Source of the DNA: Perlucidibaca sp.
Lineage (GTDB): Bacteria > Pseudomonadota > Gammaproteobacteria > Pseudomonadales > Moraxellaceae
Direction of reading: 5' to 3'
Assembly (NCBI GenBank): GCA_041612115.1
Contig: JBFJJU010000001.1
Span: 15,537-79,536, forward strand
Length of the DNA stretch: 64,000 nt
The stretch's first letter is position 1; each line of letters begins with the position of its first letter. The notes under the pieces are model-generated. The model was given only the letters and a program-made list of their open reading frames with translations. It did no database searches and was not told where the DNA came from. Both the position numbers and the translations under genes were made by a program. Shown here in pieces: positions 51,005-61,744 of the stretch.

Positions 51005-51029
51005 CAGCGGCATCCTTTAGGCGTAGTCA

Positions 51030-53312
51030 TTACAGCGAGCCGTATTTTTTACGCAGCCGAGAGCGTACGATTTCGGCGATAGTGTTAAGTATGAAAGTCA
51101 GCACAAAGAGCACCAGTGCCGATAGGAATAGGACACGGAAGTGCGTGGAACCGACCTCTGCCTCACCCATCTCCACGGCAACGTTGGCAGACAAAGTGCG
51201 CATGCCTTCGAAGATATTCCAGTTCATGACGGCGGTATTACCGGTGGCCATCAAGACAATCATGGTTTCACCAACGGCACGGCCCATACCAATCATCAAT
51301 GCCGAAAAGATACCTGGCGATGCCGTTGGCAGTACCACACGCATCAGCGTTTGCCATTGCGTTGCACCCAAGGCTAGCGAGCCATTGGTTAGATGTTTTG
51401 GCACAGCAAACAGTGCATCTTCTGCGATTGCGTAGATGTTCGGGATGACAGCAAAGCCCATGGCCAGACCGACAATCATTGAGTTACGTTGGTCGAAGTT
51501 CAGGCCTGTGCCTTGCTCAAGCCACGAACGTACATCGCCAGCAAAGAATATATTTTCAATGGGCTGCGAGAAGCTGAACGACAAATAGCCAGTGATCAAA
51601 ATCGGCACAATCAGAATCATCGGCGCCCAACCATCGGCAAATGCACGGCGCTCTAGCGGTAGTCGCGACCACAATGCGCCAACAATAAGGATGGTGATTG
51701 GCGTCATGATGAGCAAACTAAAAATGCCCGGCAAGTTGTCTTCAATCGTTGGTGCCAGCCAGAGACCAGCCAAGAAGCCCAAAATAACCGTAGGCAATGC
51801 TTCCATAAGCTCAATGGTCGGCTTCACTTTTCGACGCAGAGCTGGAGACATAAATACTGCCGAATACATCGCGCCAAAAATGGCTAACGGTGCGCCCAGT
51901 AACATGGCGTAAAACGCTGCCTTAATCGTGCCGAATGTGAGCGGCATGAGTGATAGCTTGGACTCAAAGTCGGTCGTACCTGACGATGACTGCCAAGTAT
52001 AGGTTGGTTCCTCGTAGGACTCATACCACACCGATTTCCAAGTCGACTCCATGGAGATATCGGGATGCTCAATCTCCATAGACCAAAAGCTATAGGCGCT
52101 GTCGGACTGAATGAGCAGACCCAAAGACCGAGCGCTCATCGCCAGCGATCGTATCGGCGAGTCACCAGCGGAGGTCTGCATAATTAGACGATCAGATGTG
52201 GTGTAGTAATAGCTTACTTGGCCATTAGCATCGCCTATCACAACGCCTTTGCGACGAGCTTCAGGAGTCAGAGCTGTGATTGCAGCATTACCAACGCTAA
52301 TACTACGAATTTTTTTCAGCTGAAATTGATCAACGCCAGTACTGGAGTCACGCACCATGAACCATTGCGCGACTTCACCTTGGCTATCGCCAACTATTAG
52401 CGAGACATTGCCTTGCAGCGCAGTAACAGCAGTGACTTCAGCTGTAGGGCCCGTTAGCAAGACCTCTTGCGTGTAAATTGGCTCATTGCGCACGTTGAAA
52501 ACGCTGACACGGTTGCCATCATGGAATACATAGGCCCAGTTTCCATCTTGGCCAATGATGATGTGCTGCGCAGCACTGGCGCGATACGGCAGCTCATCGC
52601 GCTCTACCTCGCTGAAGCCGGCATCTTCATCAGAGCCGTCATCATCACCAAACGAAAGTGATAACGCGCTACTACTCTCATTAGCCGAGCTAAAATGAAT
52701 CCGCTGAACTTTGCCTTCGACATAGGCCAATACACGTAAGTCATCATCGCTACCGCGCAGATAAAATGCATGCAGCGCTCCGCCACTTCTATCGACCGTG
52801 AGTGGCTCTTCACCATAGGGGTATGCCAACGAGCTGTTAATGATGCGCTGGTTATTGGCCCCGTAACTGACGTCGTAATTTGGCTTTGCTACTAGCAACT
52901 GGCCATTGCTCAGACCGATACCAACTAGGCTCGACAGGATCGGGCCGCGCTGCACGCTAGTGATATGCACACCACTGGGCAGAGGCAATGCCGAGGTGGA
53001 CTCAATACGTCCAGTTTTCACATCAAGAATTTGCACTTGGCCATCGGCCAATATGCGAATACCCGACTCGTTATATTCATCTGCATCTAAATAAAGTGCA
53101 GCCGCCTGTGTCATCACTGGCGCTTTCTTGTCGAGCTCTACGCCACTAAATAGCGGCCAGACCTCAAACACTAAATAAAAAAAGATCAGCGTGATGGCGC
53201 CAATAACGCCAACACCGCCTAAACCTATCGTTAGATTTGCGAGACGATCTTTAAGCTCTCGCCTGCGGCGCATATTTGCCGTGTTTACCGATGTGATCTT
53301 GGTATTTTTCAT
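51030..53312 (-). CDS. pstC: Phosphate ABC permease PstC with large periplasmic domain
   Basis: MEALPTVILG, SLALGATQWQT, GRAVGETMIV. Confidence 0.93.
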   Translation of the reverse strand: MKNTKITSVNTANMRRRRELKDRLANLTIGLGGVGVIGAITLIFFYLVFEVWPLFSGVELDKKAPVMTQAAALYLDADEYNESGIRILADGQVQILDVKTGRIESTSALPLPSGVHITSVQRGPILSSLVGIGLSNGQLLVAKPNYDVSYGANNQRIINSSLAYPYGEEPLTVDRSGGALHAFYLRGSDDDLRVLAYVEGKVQRIHFSSANESSSALSLSFGDDDGSDEDAGFSEVERDELPYRASAAQHIIIGQDGNWAYVFHDGNRVSVFNVRNEPIYTQEVLLTGPTAEVTAVTALQGNVSLIVGDSQGEVAQWFMVRDSSTGVDQFQLKKIRSISVGNAAITALTPEARRKGVVIGDANGQVSYYYTTSDRLIMQTSAGDSPIRSLAMSARSLGLLIQSDSAYSFWSMEIEHPDISMESTWKSVWYESYEEPTYTWQSSSGTTDFESKLSLMPLTFGTIKAAFYAMLLGAPLAIFGAMYSAVFMSPALRRKVKPTIELMEALPTVILGFLAGLWLAPTIEDNLPGIFSLLIMTPITILIVGALWSRLPLERRAFADGWAPMILIVPILITGYLSFSFSQPIENIFFAGDVRSWLEQGTGLNFDQRNSMIVGLAMGFAVIPNIYAIAEDALFAVPKHLTNGSLALGATQWQTLMRVVLPTASPGIFSALMIGMGRAVGETMIVLMATGNTAVMNWNIFEGMRTLSANVAVEMGEAEVGSTHFRVLFLSALVLFVLTFILNTIAEIVRSRLRKKYGSL

Positions 53313-53358
53313 CTGCTCAACCTAACGCTAGGCACAAGATATGGCCCGTATAATCGGG

Positions 53359-53384
53359 CAAGAAGGGCCCGAAGGCCCTTCTTG
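53359..53384 (-). terminator. Hairpin between pstS and pstC (attenuator/stabiliser)
   Basis: 11-bp perfect stem with C(UUCG)G loop on the minus strand; no clear U tail. Confidence 0.65.
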
Positions 53385-53398
53385 TTTAAACGTACAAC

Positions 53399-54355
53399 TT
53401 ACAGATCCAGCATTTTCATTACTTTAGCTGCTTCTTTTGCAGGCAATGGAATGTAGCCATCTTTCTCTACAACCATCTGACCTTGCTTAGATAACACCAT
53501 TTTCAAGAACTCTGCCTCTAAAGGCTGCAAAGGCTTGTTTGGTGCTTTGTTGACATACACATAGAGGAAGCGAGCAAGCGGGTATTTACCGCTAACCGCA
53601 TTTTTCTCATTGGCATCGTAGATTTCGCCATCTTTACCAACTAGTGGAACCGTGCGAACACTCGATGTTTTGTAGCCAATACCGGAGTAACCAATACCGT
53701 TAATCGAGCTACCAACTGATTGCACAACTGATGCTGAGCCTGGCTGTTCGTTTACGTTAGTTTTAAAGTCACCTTTGCAAAGTGCTTTTTCTTTAAAGTA
53801 ACCATAGGTGCCAGATACAGAGTTACGGCCGTAAATTTGAAGATCACGCTTAGCCCAAGCACCGCTTAAGCCTGCATCACCCCAGTTAGTAACGGCTTTG
53901 TCATGACCACACTTACGCGTGTCTGAAAAAATCGCATCTACCACTTCCATTTTCATGGATTTGACGGGGTTATCTTTATGAACAAACACAGCCAAGGCAT
54001 CGATAGCAACTGGTACGGCTGTTGGTTTGTAGCCTTTGGCTTTTTCAAAGGCGGCGATTTCAGCGCCTTTCATCATGCGCGACATAGGGCCCAAGTTTGC
54101 TGTGCTTTCTGTCAATGCGGGCGGCGCTGTTGACGAGCCAGCACCTTGAATTTGAATATTGATATTGGGGTAAAGCTTTTTATAGTCTTCTGCCCACAAG
54201 GTCATTAAGTTGTTAAGGGTGTCGGAACCTACGCTAGTCAAGTTACCAGAAACACCTGTGGCTTTCGTGTAGCTAGGCAACGCTGAATCAACTGCTGCTT
54301 GGGCCGACATACCCAGGCTTAAGCCTAAGGCGGCAATCAGTACTTTCGCTTTCAT
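53399..54355 (-). CDS. pstS: Phosphate-binding protein
   Basis: [38 protein letters not shown]. Confidence 0.95.
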   Translation of the reverse strand: MKAKVLIAALGLSLGMSAQAAVDSALPSYTKATGVSGNLTSVGSDTLNNLMTLWAEDYKKLYPNINIQIQGAGSSTAPPALTESTANLGPMSRMMKGAEIAAFEKAKGYKPTAVPVAIDALAVFVHKDNPVKSMKMEVVDAIFSDTRKCGHDKAVTNWGDAGLSGAWAKRDLQIYGRNSVSGTYGYFKEKALCKGDFKTNVNEQPGSASVVQSVGSSINGIGYSGIGYKTSSVRTVPLVGKDGEIYDANEKNAVSGKYPLARFLYVYVNKAPNKPLQPLEAEFLKMVLSKQGQMVVEKDGYIPLPAKEAAKVMKMLDL

Positions 54356-54397
54356 GTGTCACTCCACTCGGGACGGTTTGGTCTCACGGGGCGCATG

Positions 54398-54428
54398 ATG
54401 ACAATGAAATATGACGTAATGATGACAG
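54398..54428 (-). promoter_or_regulatory. Pho box upstream of pstS
   Basis: Minus strand CTGTCAT-CATT-ACGTCAT-ATTT; 11-bp spaced GTCAT units. Confidence 0.78.
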
Positions 54429-54568
54429 TTGAGTGTAGCTGAGTTTTTGCACGCCTTTGAGCGCTGCTTATCGCTTAGCGCTAAGTGCATGCATTTGCTC
54501 AATGACAGTTGCATAGCTGCGGAGTACTCTTGCCCTCAATCATAATAAGAGTCTTCGGAGACTTTCTC

Positions 54569-54967
54569 ATGCCTCGCGATACCGAAAATCACCCAATGCC
54601 TCGCGGCACGCTCTGCCTGCAAACCATTGCAATGCCTGCCGATGCCAACCCAAATGGCGATATTTTTGGCGGCTGGCTAGTCTCGCAAATGGATTTGGCC
54701 GCAGGTGTCGCCGCTCGCAAACGAGCGAAAGGCCGCACCGCAACCGTGGCCATCGATGCGATGGTGTTTTTACGGCCGGTGAAAGTGGGTGACATCGTGG
54801 GCTTCTACACCGAAGTACTGTCTACTGGCCGCTCATCAATGAAAATCTTAGTCGAGGTTTGGGCTGTAAGTGATCTCACCGGCAATCACACCAAGCTCAC
54901 TGAAGGCCTATTCACCTTTGTCGCCATCAATGATCAGGGCAATACCCGCGAGCTGTCTGCACACTAA
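54569..54967 (+). CDS. yciA: Acyl-CoA thioesterase (hotdog fold)
   Basis: AMPADANPNGDIFGGWLVSQMDLA, FLRPVKVGD, FTFVAI. Confidence 0.88.
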   Translation: MPRDTENHPMPRGTLCLQTIAMPADANPNGDIFGGWLVSQMDLAAGVAARKRAKGRTATVAIDAMVFLRPVKVGDIVGFYTEVLSTGRSSMKILVEVWAVSDLTGNHTKLTEGLFTFVAINDQGNTRELSAH

Positions 54968-57183
54968 CTCTTGCGGGTTAGTCTCGCGTATTGCGATACC
55001 AGCCATTTGCTGCCGAGCTCACTGAAGTTGACTTGAATGCGAGCATTCGGCCCGCTGCCCTCAAACGCTAAAATCACCCCATCGCCAAAGCGAGGGTGAT
55101 TCACCGCCTGACCCAAGCGCCAGCCACTACCATCATCATCGCCCAGCGTTTCTTGCTTAAAGCCAGATGTGCTTTGGCCACTGTGATTGGACGCAAAGCC
55201 TGAGCCGCCGCGAAAGCCTGCGCGCATCGGTGGCGCTTGCTGACGCACCGGTGCCAATAAAACCTCAGGGATCTCACCAAGAAAACGTGACGCGACATGG
55301 TAACTTTCGGTTCCATACAGTCGACGCACTTCCGCATAACTAATCACTAGCTCTCTCATGGCACGGGTAATCCCGACATAGCAAAGCCGGCGCTCTTCTT
55401 CGAGATTATTTTCTTGTAAGGCCATTTCGTGCGGAAATAAACCTTCTTCCACGCCGGCCAAAAACACTAGCGGGAACTCCAGCCCTTTCGCGGCATGCAG
55501 TGTCATCATTTGCACGGCATCTTCAAACTCGCCAGCCTGCTGCTCGCCAGCCTCAAGTGCGGCATGATCTAAAAATGCCGCTAAGGGCGAGGGTATTTCC
55601 TCGGCCTGGGTATGATCATCGACATCGAACTCGCGCGCAGCACTAATCAATTCACGTAAGTTTTCTACGCGTGCCTGACCCTTCTCTCCTTTCTCTTTTT
55701 CATGATGCGCGACTAAGCCACTTTGCTCGATCACAGCTTCAACTATTTCGCCTAATGAGGCGCCCTGTGTGTTGGCATCAAGACTATCTATCAAGGTTAA
55801 AAATGCTTGGATTTTGCCAGTGGCGAGAGCCGGTAGGCGGCGTTCGGCAACCACTTGCTGAGCAGCAGACCATAGGCTCACTTGCTGCTCACGGGCGAGT
55901 TGGCGAATCATATCTAAGCTTTTATCGCCAATGCCGCGCGTAGGCGTATTAACCACACGTTCGAAAGCGGTGTCATCTATGCGCTGCAATAATAAGCGCA
56001 AATATCCCACGGCATTTTTAATTTCCGCGCGCTCAAAAAAGCGTAGCCCGCCGTATATGCGATACGGAATTTGCGCTCGCAACATAGCCTCTTCTAGGAC
56101 ACGCGACTGGGCATTAGAGCGGTACAAAATTGCCATATCGCGGCGCGCTACGCCGCTACGAAAACGCGTATCGATGAGTTTGGCGATGTAATGCGCCTCA
56201 TCAAGATCGTTAAAGGCGGCATACACCGAAATCGGCTCCCCCTCGCCTCTGTCGGTCCACAGGTTTTTACCCATGCGATCGCCATTATTAGCAATAACGG
56301 CATTTGCTGCCTGCAAAATAACCGAGGTCGAGCGATAGTTTTGCTCAAGGCGAATCAGCTCAGCGTCGGCATAATCGCGCTGAAACGTACGAATGTTTTC
56401 AATGCAGGCACCGCGCCAGCCATAAATACTTTGGTCGTCATCGCCGACTGCCGTGAGCATGCCTCTCTCACCGGCAAGCAGGCGCAGCCACGCGTATTGA
56501 ATGCGGTTGGTGTCTTGAAACTCATCGACCAAAATCATGCGAAAGCGTGCTTGATAGTGTTTGAGGATGTCATCGTGCTTGAGAAATAACTCATGGCAGC
56601 GCAATAAAATTTCGGCGAAATCGATCAGGCCCCCGCGCTGACAAATGGTTTCATAGGCACTGTAAACACGCAGCTGTGTTGCCGTGTACAGATCGCCATT
56701 GTGTGCAATGTGCGCAGGTCGGCGACCCTCTTCTTTATTGCCATTAATGAAGCTTGCAGCCTGCCGAGCTGGCCACTTTTCTTCATCGAGCTGCAGCTCT
56801 TTCATCACTCGCTTAACCACGCGCAGCTGATCATCCGAATCTAGAATCTGGAAGTTTTGAGGCAGTCCAGCAGCCTCATAATGTGCTCGTAAAAAGCGAT
56901 GAGCGAGACCATGAAAAGTGCCAATCCACAGCGGCTGCGTGGCAATGCCGAGCTGCTGCTCAAGCCGCGCACGCATTTCATGTGCTGCTTTATTGGTAAA
57001 TGTCACCGCCAACACGGCAAATGGCGACATAGCGAAATGCTGACAGAAGTAGCTGATGCGCGAGGTTAAAACACGAGTTTTACCTGAGCCAGCGCCAGCT
57101 AAAACCAGTAAATGCTGACTATCGCAAGTGACAGCATCGCGTTGTGCGGAGTTAAGCCCGTCTAAAAGATTGAGTTCATTCAT
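54964..57183 (-). CDS. uvrD: DNA helicase II
   Basis: AGAGSGKT, DEFQDTN, VGDDDQSIYGWRGA, LEQNYRS, EEERRLCYVGITRA, C-terminal Tudor-like domain. Confidence 0.96.
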   Translation of the reverse strand: MNELNLLDGLNSAQRDAVTCDSQHLLVLAGAGSGKTRVLTSRISYFCQHFAMSPFAVLAVTFTNKAAHEMRARLEQQLGIATQPLWIGTFHGLAHRFLRAHYEAAGLPQNFQILDSDDQLRVVKRVMKELQLDEEKWPARQAASFINGNKEEGRRPAHIAHNGDLYTATQLRVYSAYETICQRGGLIDFAEILLRCHELFLKHDDILKHYQARFRMILVDEFQDTNRIQYAWLRLLAGERGMLTAVGDDDQSIYGWRGACIENIRTFQRDYADAELIRLEQNYRSTSVILQAANAVIANNGDRMGKNLWTDRGEGEPISVYAAFNDLDEAHYIAKLIDTRFRSGVARRDMAILYRSNAQSRVLEEAMLRAQIPYRIYGGLRFFERAEIKNAVGYLRLLLQRIDDTAFERVVNTPTRGIGDKSLDMIRQLAREQQVSLWSAAQQVVAERRLPALATGKIQAFLTLIDSLDANTQGASLGEIVEAVIEQSGLVAHHEKEKGEKGQARVENLRELISAAREFDVDDHTQAEEIPSPLAAFLDHAALEAGEQQAGEFEDAVQMMTLHAAKGLEFPLVFLAGVEEGLFPHEMALQENNLEEERRLCYVGITRAMRELVISYAEVRRLYGTESYHVASRFLGEIPEVLLAPVRQQAPPMRAGFRGGSGFASNHSGQSTSGFKQETLGDDDGSGWRLGQAVNHPRFGDGVILAFEGSGPNARIQVNFSELGSKWLVSQYARLTRKS

Positions 57184-57300
57184 GGGACTATTGTAGACCA
57201 GCGCGAAGGTCGTTTCCGCGAATGTTAAGAGAATGGTAAGGTAGACCATTGCAATAACAGAGCGCCCACCCATAAGGGCGACTGACGAGGGCCGTCATCC

Positions 57301-59868
57301 ATGTCACGCTCAGCCACCTCTGGCGACGCTGCCGACCACACAAATGCTCCCACTCGCCCTGCGCCACCATGCCATAGCGAGCGTTTGCGCACCACACTGC
57401 TAGCGCAAGTGCAGCGTCAACTGCCGCGCTTTCTCATTATTACAGCGTTGTCAGTATTATTAGCCGTTTGGATACTGTGGGACTGGCCCTACGCTAGCAA
57501 TAAAATCATCGCACTCTGGGGCGGCAGCTTTATTGGCTTTTTGATCTTCCGTGGCTTTTTAGTGTGGGGATTAAGCCGAAGCCCTCAGCTACGAGCGCGC
57601 TGGCTAGGCACTATTTTAATCATCACCGCTGTGATAACAGGTGCTTTCTGGGCCTTCGCATTAGTCGCACTTAACCCTCGCGTTTTCCTCAATGGCGAGC
57701 TTTATGCCGACATTACCAGTCGACAAATTTTGTTGGCCGCTCTTCTTGGCGCCCAAGGCATCACCGCCCTCGCGGCCTACGCTGGCCACCTGCGCGCTTT
57801 TATTGGCTTTACGCTTACCGCTTTTCTGCCTGCTGTGGTGTATTTGCTGCTGCACCCAACATCCACCAGCATTATGGTGTCGACCATTGGCGCTGTTTGG
57901 TGGGTCTTTCTGATACTCAGTGCTCGCTATCTCAATCGCATGGTTAGCGACGCTATCGTGCTGCGCTTAAGCAACGAAGATCTGATTTCATTTCTGCGTG
58001 ATACGCAATCACGCACCCTAGACACCAACCGTTTGCTGGCTCGCGAAGTGAACACTCGCGCTGTCGCCGAGACGCAACTACAAAATCTAAATGAAGAGCT
58101 TGAGCAGCGCGTGGCACAGAGAACCCAGGCACTTATGGAAAGCCAAGAAGGCCTAACTCTAGCTATCGAAGCATCCGGTATTGCACTGTGGGACTGGCAT
58201 ATTATTGACCAGGAAATCACTCACACTAATCTTGAGCCGTTGCTAGGCTGCGAAGGTATTGGTAATCGCAAGCTACTTGAAGTCGCTAATGGCTTAGTAC
58301 ATCCAGACGACATTCGCTTAGTAAAGCGCAATATTATCCGCCATTTACGCCGTCGCACGCCGCGCTTCGAAGCGCGTTATCGTATCAAGCACGCGCGTGG
58401 TCACTGGGTGTGGGTGGAGGATCGCGGCCGAGTGGTGAGCTGGACTGCACAGGGCAAGCCAGAGCGCATGCTTGGCACACGCCGAGACATCACCCGCGAG
58501 CGTGAAGCCGAAGAGACTCAGCGTAAGCTCGACTACTTAGCTAACTATGATCGCCTCACTCAGCTGACTAATCGTCGCCAATTCCGTAATCGCCTGCATG
58601 CCGCCATAAGTGATGCCCGTGACACACAGAGTCGCGTAGGACTGATATTCATCAACCTTGATCGCTTCCGGCAGGTCAATGAGTCGCTAGGCTTTGAGGT
58701 TGGAGATAGTATTTTGCGCGAAACCGGCCGCCGCCTCACCGAGCTTGGTAGCAAGCTCGACACCTTAGCGCGTATTGGCGGGGATGAATTCGCGCTGATT
58801 TTCCCCGATGTCCACAGTAATGACGATCTCGAGCGCCTGAGCGAAGAGGTCATTGGTAGCCTGCGTGCGCCATTCCGCATTGGCGATCATGAGCTGCTTT
58901 TAGGTGCCTCCTTGGGCATCTGCGAATTCCCCGAGCACGGCCGTGAGCTAGCCATTTTAATCAATCACGCCGACCTCGCCATGCAGCAAGCCAAGCGCCT
59001 AGGTGGCAACCAATGGCGACGCTATAGCCCCGATATGCGCAGCGCCACTGTCGAGCAGCTGCATTTAGAAAATAGTCTGCGCAAAGCCATTTTCCGCGAT
59101 GAATTTGTTGTGCATTACCAACCGAAACTGTCGCTGGCCAGTCAGCGCATTGTCGGCATGGAGGCTTTGGTTCGCTGGCAACACCCAACACTAGGCCTTT
59201 TGCATCCGGGCAAGTTTATCCCGCTGGCTGAAGAAACAGGGCTGATTTCGGTCATTACTGAGCGCGTTTTGGCCCAAGCAACTACGCAGCTTAAAGCGTG
59301 GACTGATGCTGGCCTTGGCAAGCTCCATGTCGCAGTTAACATACCGCCACAGCAGCTGCACAAAGGTAATTTGCTGCAGCTGCTTGAGCAGGCGCTCGAT
59401 GATAGCGGCCTTAACGCTAGACAGCTGGAAATTGAGCTAACTGAAACATCACTGATGGATGATCCAGATTTAGCCATTAGCTTATTCAAGCAAATTCGCC
59501 GTATGGGCGTGAGCATAGCCCTCGATGACTTCGGCACGGGCTATTCGTCGTTGAGTCATCTACGCCGCTTCCCACTCGATATTTTAAAGATAGACCAAGC
59601 CTTTATCTGCGATGTTGGTTCGCAGAATGAAGATGGTGCCATCGTGCGTGCCATCATTACCATGGCCCACGAGCTCGGCATGAAAGTAGTTGCTGAGGGC
59701 GTGGAAACAGCAGAGCACTATCACTTCTTGGAGCAGGAGCGCTGCGATATCGTGCAAGGCTATTTGATCAGTCGGCCAGTGACTGCAGAGGCCATGGAGT
59801 TGCTGTTGCGCGAGCAGGCTCTGGCAGAGCGCCAACAACCTTCGTTTTTAAGCGGGATAGAGCTGTAA
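57301..59868 (+). CDS. Membrane PAS-GGDEF-EAL c-di-GMP protein
   Basis: N-terminal TM helices; PAS VHPDD; RIGGDEF; EAL and DDFGTGYSS. Confidence 0.93.
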   Translation: MSRSATSGDAADHTNAPTRPAPPCHSERLRTTLLAQVQRQLPRFLIITALSVLLAVWILWDWPYASNKIIALWGGSFIGFLIFRGFLVWGLSRSPQLRARWLGTILIITAVITGAFWAFALVALNPRVFLNGELYADITSRQILLAALLGAQGITALAAYAGHLRAFIGFTLTAFLPAVVYLLLHPTSTSIMVSTIGAVWWVFLILSARYLNRMVSDAIVLRLSNEDLISFLRDTQSRTLDTNRLLAREVNTRAVAETQLQNLNEELEQRVAQRTQALMESQEGLTLAIEASGIALWDWHIIDQEITHTNLEPLLGCEGIGNRKLLEVANGLVHPDDIRLVKRNIIRHLRRRTPRFEARYRIKHARGHWVWVEDRGRVVSWTAQGKPERMLGTRRDITREREAEETQRKLDYLANYDRLTQLTNRRQFRNRLHAAISDARDTQSRVGLIFINLDRFRQVNESLGFEVGDSILRETGRRLTELGSKLDTLARIGGDEFALIFPDVHSNDDLERLSEEVIGSLRAPFRIGDHELLLGASLGICEFPEHGRELAILINHADLAMQQAKRLGGNQWRRYSPDMRSATVEQLHLENSLRKAIFRDEFVVHYQPKLSLASQRIVGMEALVRWQHPTLGLLHPGKFIPLAEETGLISVITERVLAQATTQLKAWTDAGLGKLHVAVNIPPQQLHKGNLLQLLEQALDDSGLNARQLEIELTETSLMDDPDLAISLFKQIRRMGVSIALDDFGTGYSSLSHLRRFPLDILKIDQAFICDVGSQNEDGAIVRAIITMAHELGMKVVAEGVETAEHYHFLEQERCDIVQGYLISRPVTAEAMELLLREQALAERQQPSFLSGIEL

Positions 59869-59872
59869 GAAA

Positions 59873-59903
59873 GCGTGAGCGCCAAAACCAATGGCGCTCA
59901 CGC
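59873..59903. terminator. Hairpin between the convergent EAL gene and glmS
   Basis: 12-bp perfect stem GCGTGAGCGCCA/TGGCGCTCACGC. Confidence 0.75.
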
Positions 59904-59913
59904 ATAGCGACTT

Positions 59914-61734
59914 TTACTCTACAGTGACCGATTTCGCCAAATTGCGCGGCTGATCAACATCAGTACCTTTAGTAATTGCCACGTGGTAGGACAATAACTG
60001 CAATGGAATCGTGTAGAGAATCGGCGCAACCTCATCGGCAACCGTTGGCATGGAAAACACCTTAATGCCTAGCTCTTCGCGTACATCTGCATTCTGGTCA
60101 GCAAAGACATAGAGCACACCTGCGCGAGCTCGAACTTCCTGCAGGTTCGACTTTAGCTTATCGATGAGATCATTTTTCGGTGCCACAGCAACCACTGGCA
60201 TATCGTGATCAACCAAGGCCAGCGGGCCATGCTTAAGTTCACCGGCTGGATAAGCCTCGGCGTGAATATACGAAATTTCCTTCAGCTTCAAAGCACCTTC
60301 CATCGCAACCGGATACTGTGTGCCGCGACCTAAAAATAGCGTGTGATGCTTATCGGCAAACTCATCAGCGATGCGCTCAATGGCAGGATCCATTGCTAGT
60401 ACTTGATCCACCAATGCTGGCAAACCCTGCAATTGGGTGACGATGTCTTGTTCGCGCTCAGCACTCAAATTACCTTGCTGACGGCCAGCGGCTAGCACCA
60501 AAAGCATCAAAGCAACTAATTGCGTTGTAAATGCTTTAGTCGATGCCACGCCAATTTCTGGCCCCGCATGAGTAATGAACGCTAGGTCAGACTCGCGCAC
60601 CAAGGTCGATGTCGGCACGTTGCAAATACAAAGCGAGCCCATGGCACGCGATTTAACCTCGCGTAAAGCGGCCAATGTGTCTGCTGTCTCACCTGATTGC
60701 GAAATAGTCACTAGCAAAGTATCTGCTGGCAGCACTGTCGTGCGATAGCGGAACTCACTTGCCACCTCAACGTGACAGGAAATACCAGCAATCGCCTCAA
60801 GCCAATATTTCGCCACAAAACCGGCGTGATAGCTCGTGCCGCAAGCCAAGATTTGAATGTGACGAGCCTTGGCTAGTAGAGCAGCAGCCTGCGGACCAAA
60901 GGCATCAATAGCCACTTTTCCTTGACTAACACGACCAGCTAAAGTGCGCTCAATCGCTAGCGGCTGCTCGTAAATTTCTTTCAGCATATAGTGCTTGTAG
61001 CCAGCTTTGCTACTCGCGTGCAACGTGGCATCTAACTCCACAATTGGGCGCCGGACTTCAACACCGCGGCCATTCCAAATCGTGACTTGCTTGGCACAAA
61101 CTTCAATGAAGTCGCCCTCTTCCAAGTAAATAAAACGGTTTGTCACTGGCAAAAGTGCGAGTTGATCAGAACTAATAAAGTTTTCACCGATGCCGATACC
61201 GACCACCAAAGGCGAACCTTGGCGTACGGCGAGCAAGCGCGAAGGCTCATTAGCGCGAATTATGCCCAAGGCAAAAGCACCATGCAGCTGAGCTACCGCG
61301 GCCTTCACTGCAGCCATAAAGTCTGGGTTTTTACGCAGCTCTGACTGAATCAAATGCGGCACAACTTCGGTATCGGTTTGCGAGGTGAAGACAAAACCCT
61401 CCGCCTTCAAGCGCTCGCGCAAAGACTCATAGTTTTCAATAATGCCGTTGTGCACTACCGCAATATCACCTGAACGATGCGGGTGAGCGTTATCTTGTGT
61501 TGGCGCGCCATGTGTAGCCCAACGTGTGTGAGCGATGCCCAAATGGCCATGCACATGGCCACTCACATCGGCAAGCGCCTGCACTTTGCCAGTTTCGCGT
61601 TCACGAATTATGTCTGCATCATTGATAACGGCTAGGCCAGCGGAGTCATAGCCGCGATACTCGAGACGGCGTAAACCCTCAATCAAAACCTCAGCGACGT
61701 TACGCTCTCCAATCGCACCTACAATTCCGCACAT
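59914..61734 (-). CDS. glmS: Glutamine-fructose-6-phosphate aminotransferase
   Basis: [14 protein letters not shown], terminal [13 protein letters not shown]. Confidence 0.98.
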   Translation of the reverse strand: MCGIVGAIGERNVAEVLIEGLRRLEYRGYDSAGLAVINDADIIRERETGKVQALADVSGHVHGHLGIAHTRWATHGAPTQDNAHPHRSGDIAVVHNGIIENYESLRERLKAEGFVFTSQTDTEVVPHLIQSELRKNPDFMAAVKAAVAQLHGAFALGIIRANEPSRLLAVRQGSPLVVGIGIGENFISSDQLALLPVTNRFIYLEEGDFIEVCAKQVTIWNGRGVEVRRPIVELDATLHASSKAGYKHYMLKEIYEQPLAIERTLAGRVSQGKVAIDAFGPQAAALLAKARHIQILACGTSYHAGFVAKYWLEAIAGISCHVEVASEFRYRTTVLPADTLLVTISQSGETADTLAALREVKSRAMGSLCICNVPTSTLVRESDLAFITHAGPEIGVASTKAFTTQLVALMLLVLAAGRQQGNLSAEREQDIVTQLQGLPALVDQVLAMDPAIERIADEFADKHHTLFLGRGTQYPVAMEGALKLKEISYIHAEAYPAGELKHGPLALVDHDMPVVAVAPKNDLIDKLKSNLQEVRARAGVLYVFADQNADVREELGIKVFSMPTVADEVAPILYTIPLQLLSYHVAITKGTDVDQPRNLAKSVTVE

Positions 61735-61744
61735 ACCGATATCC

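Noticed and set aside
51030-53312. Unusually long PstC and PstA
   Set aside because: Long forms with periplasmic domains are normal in Pseudomonas-type pst operons.
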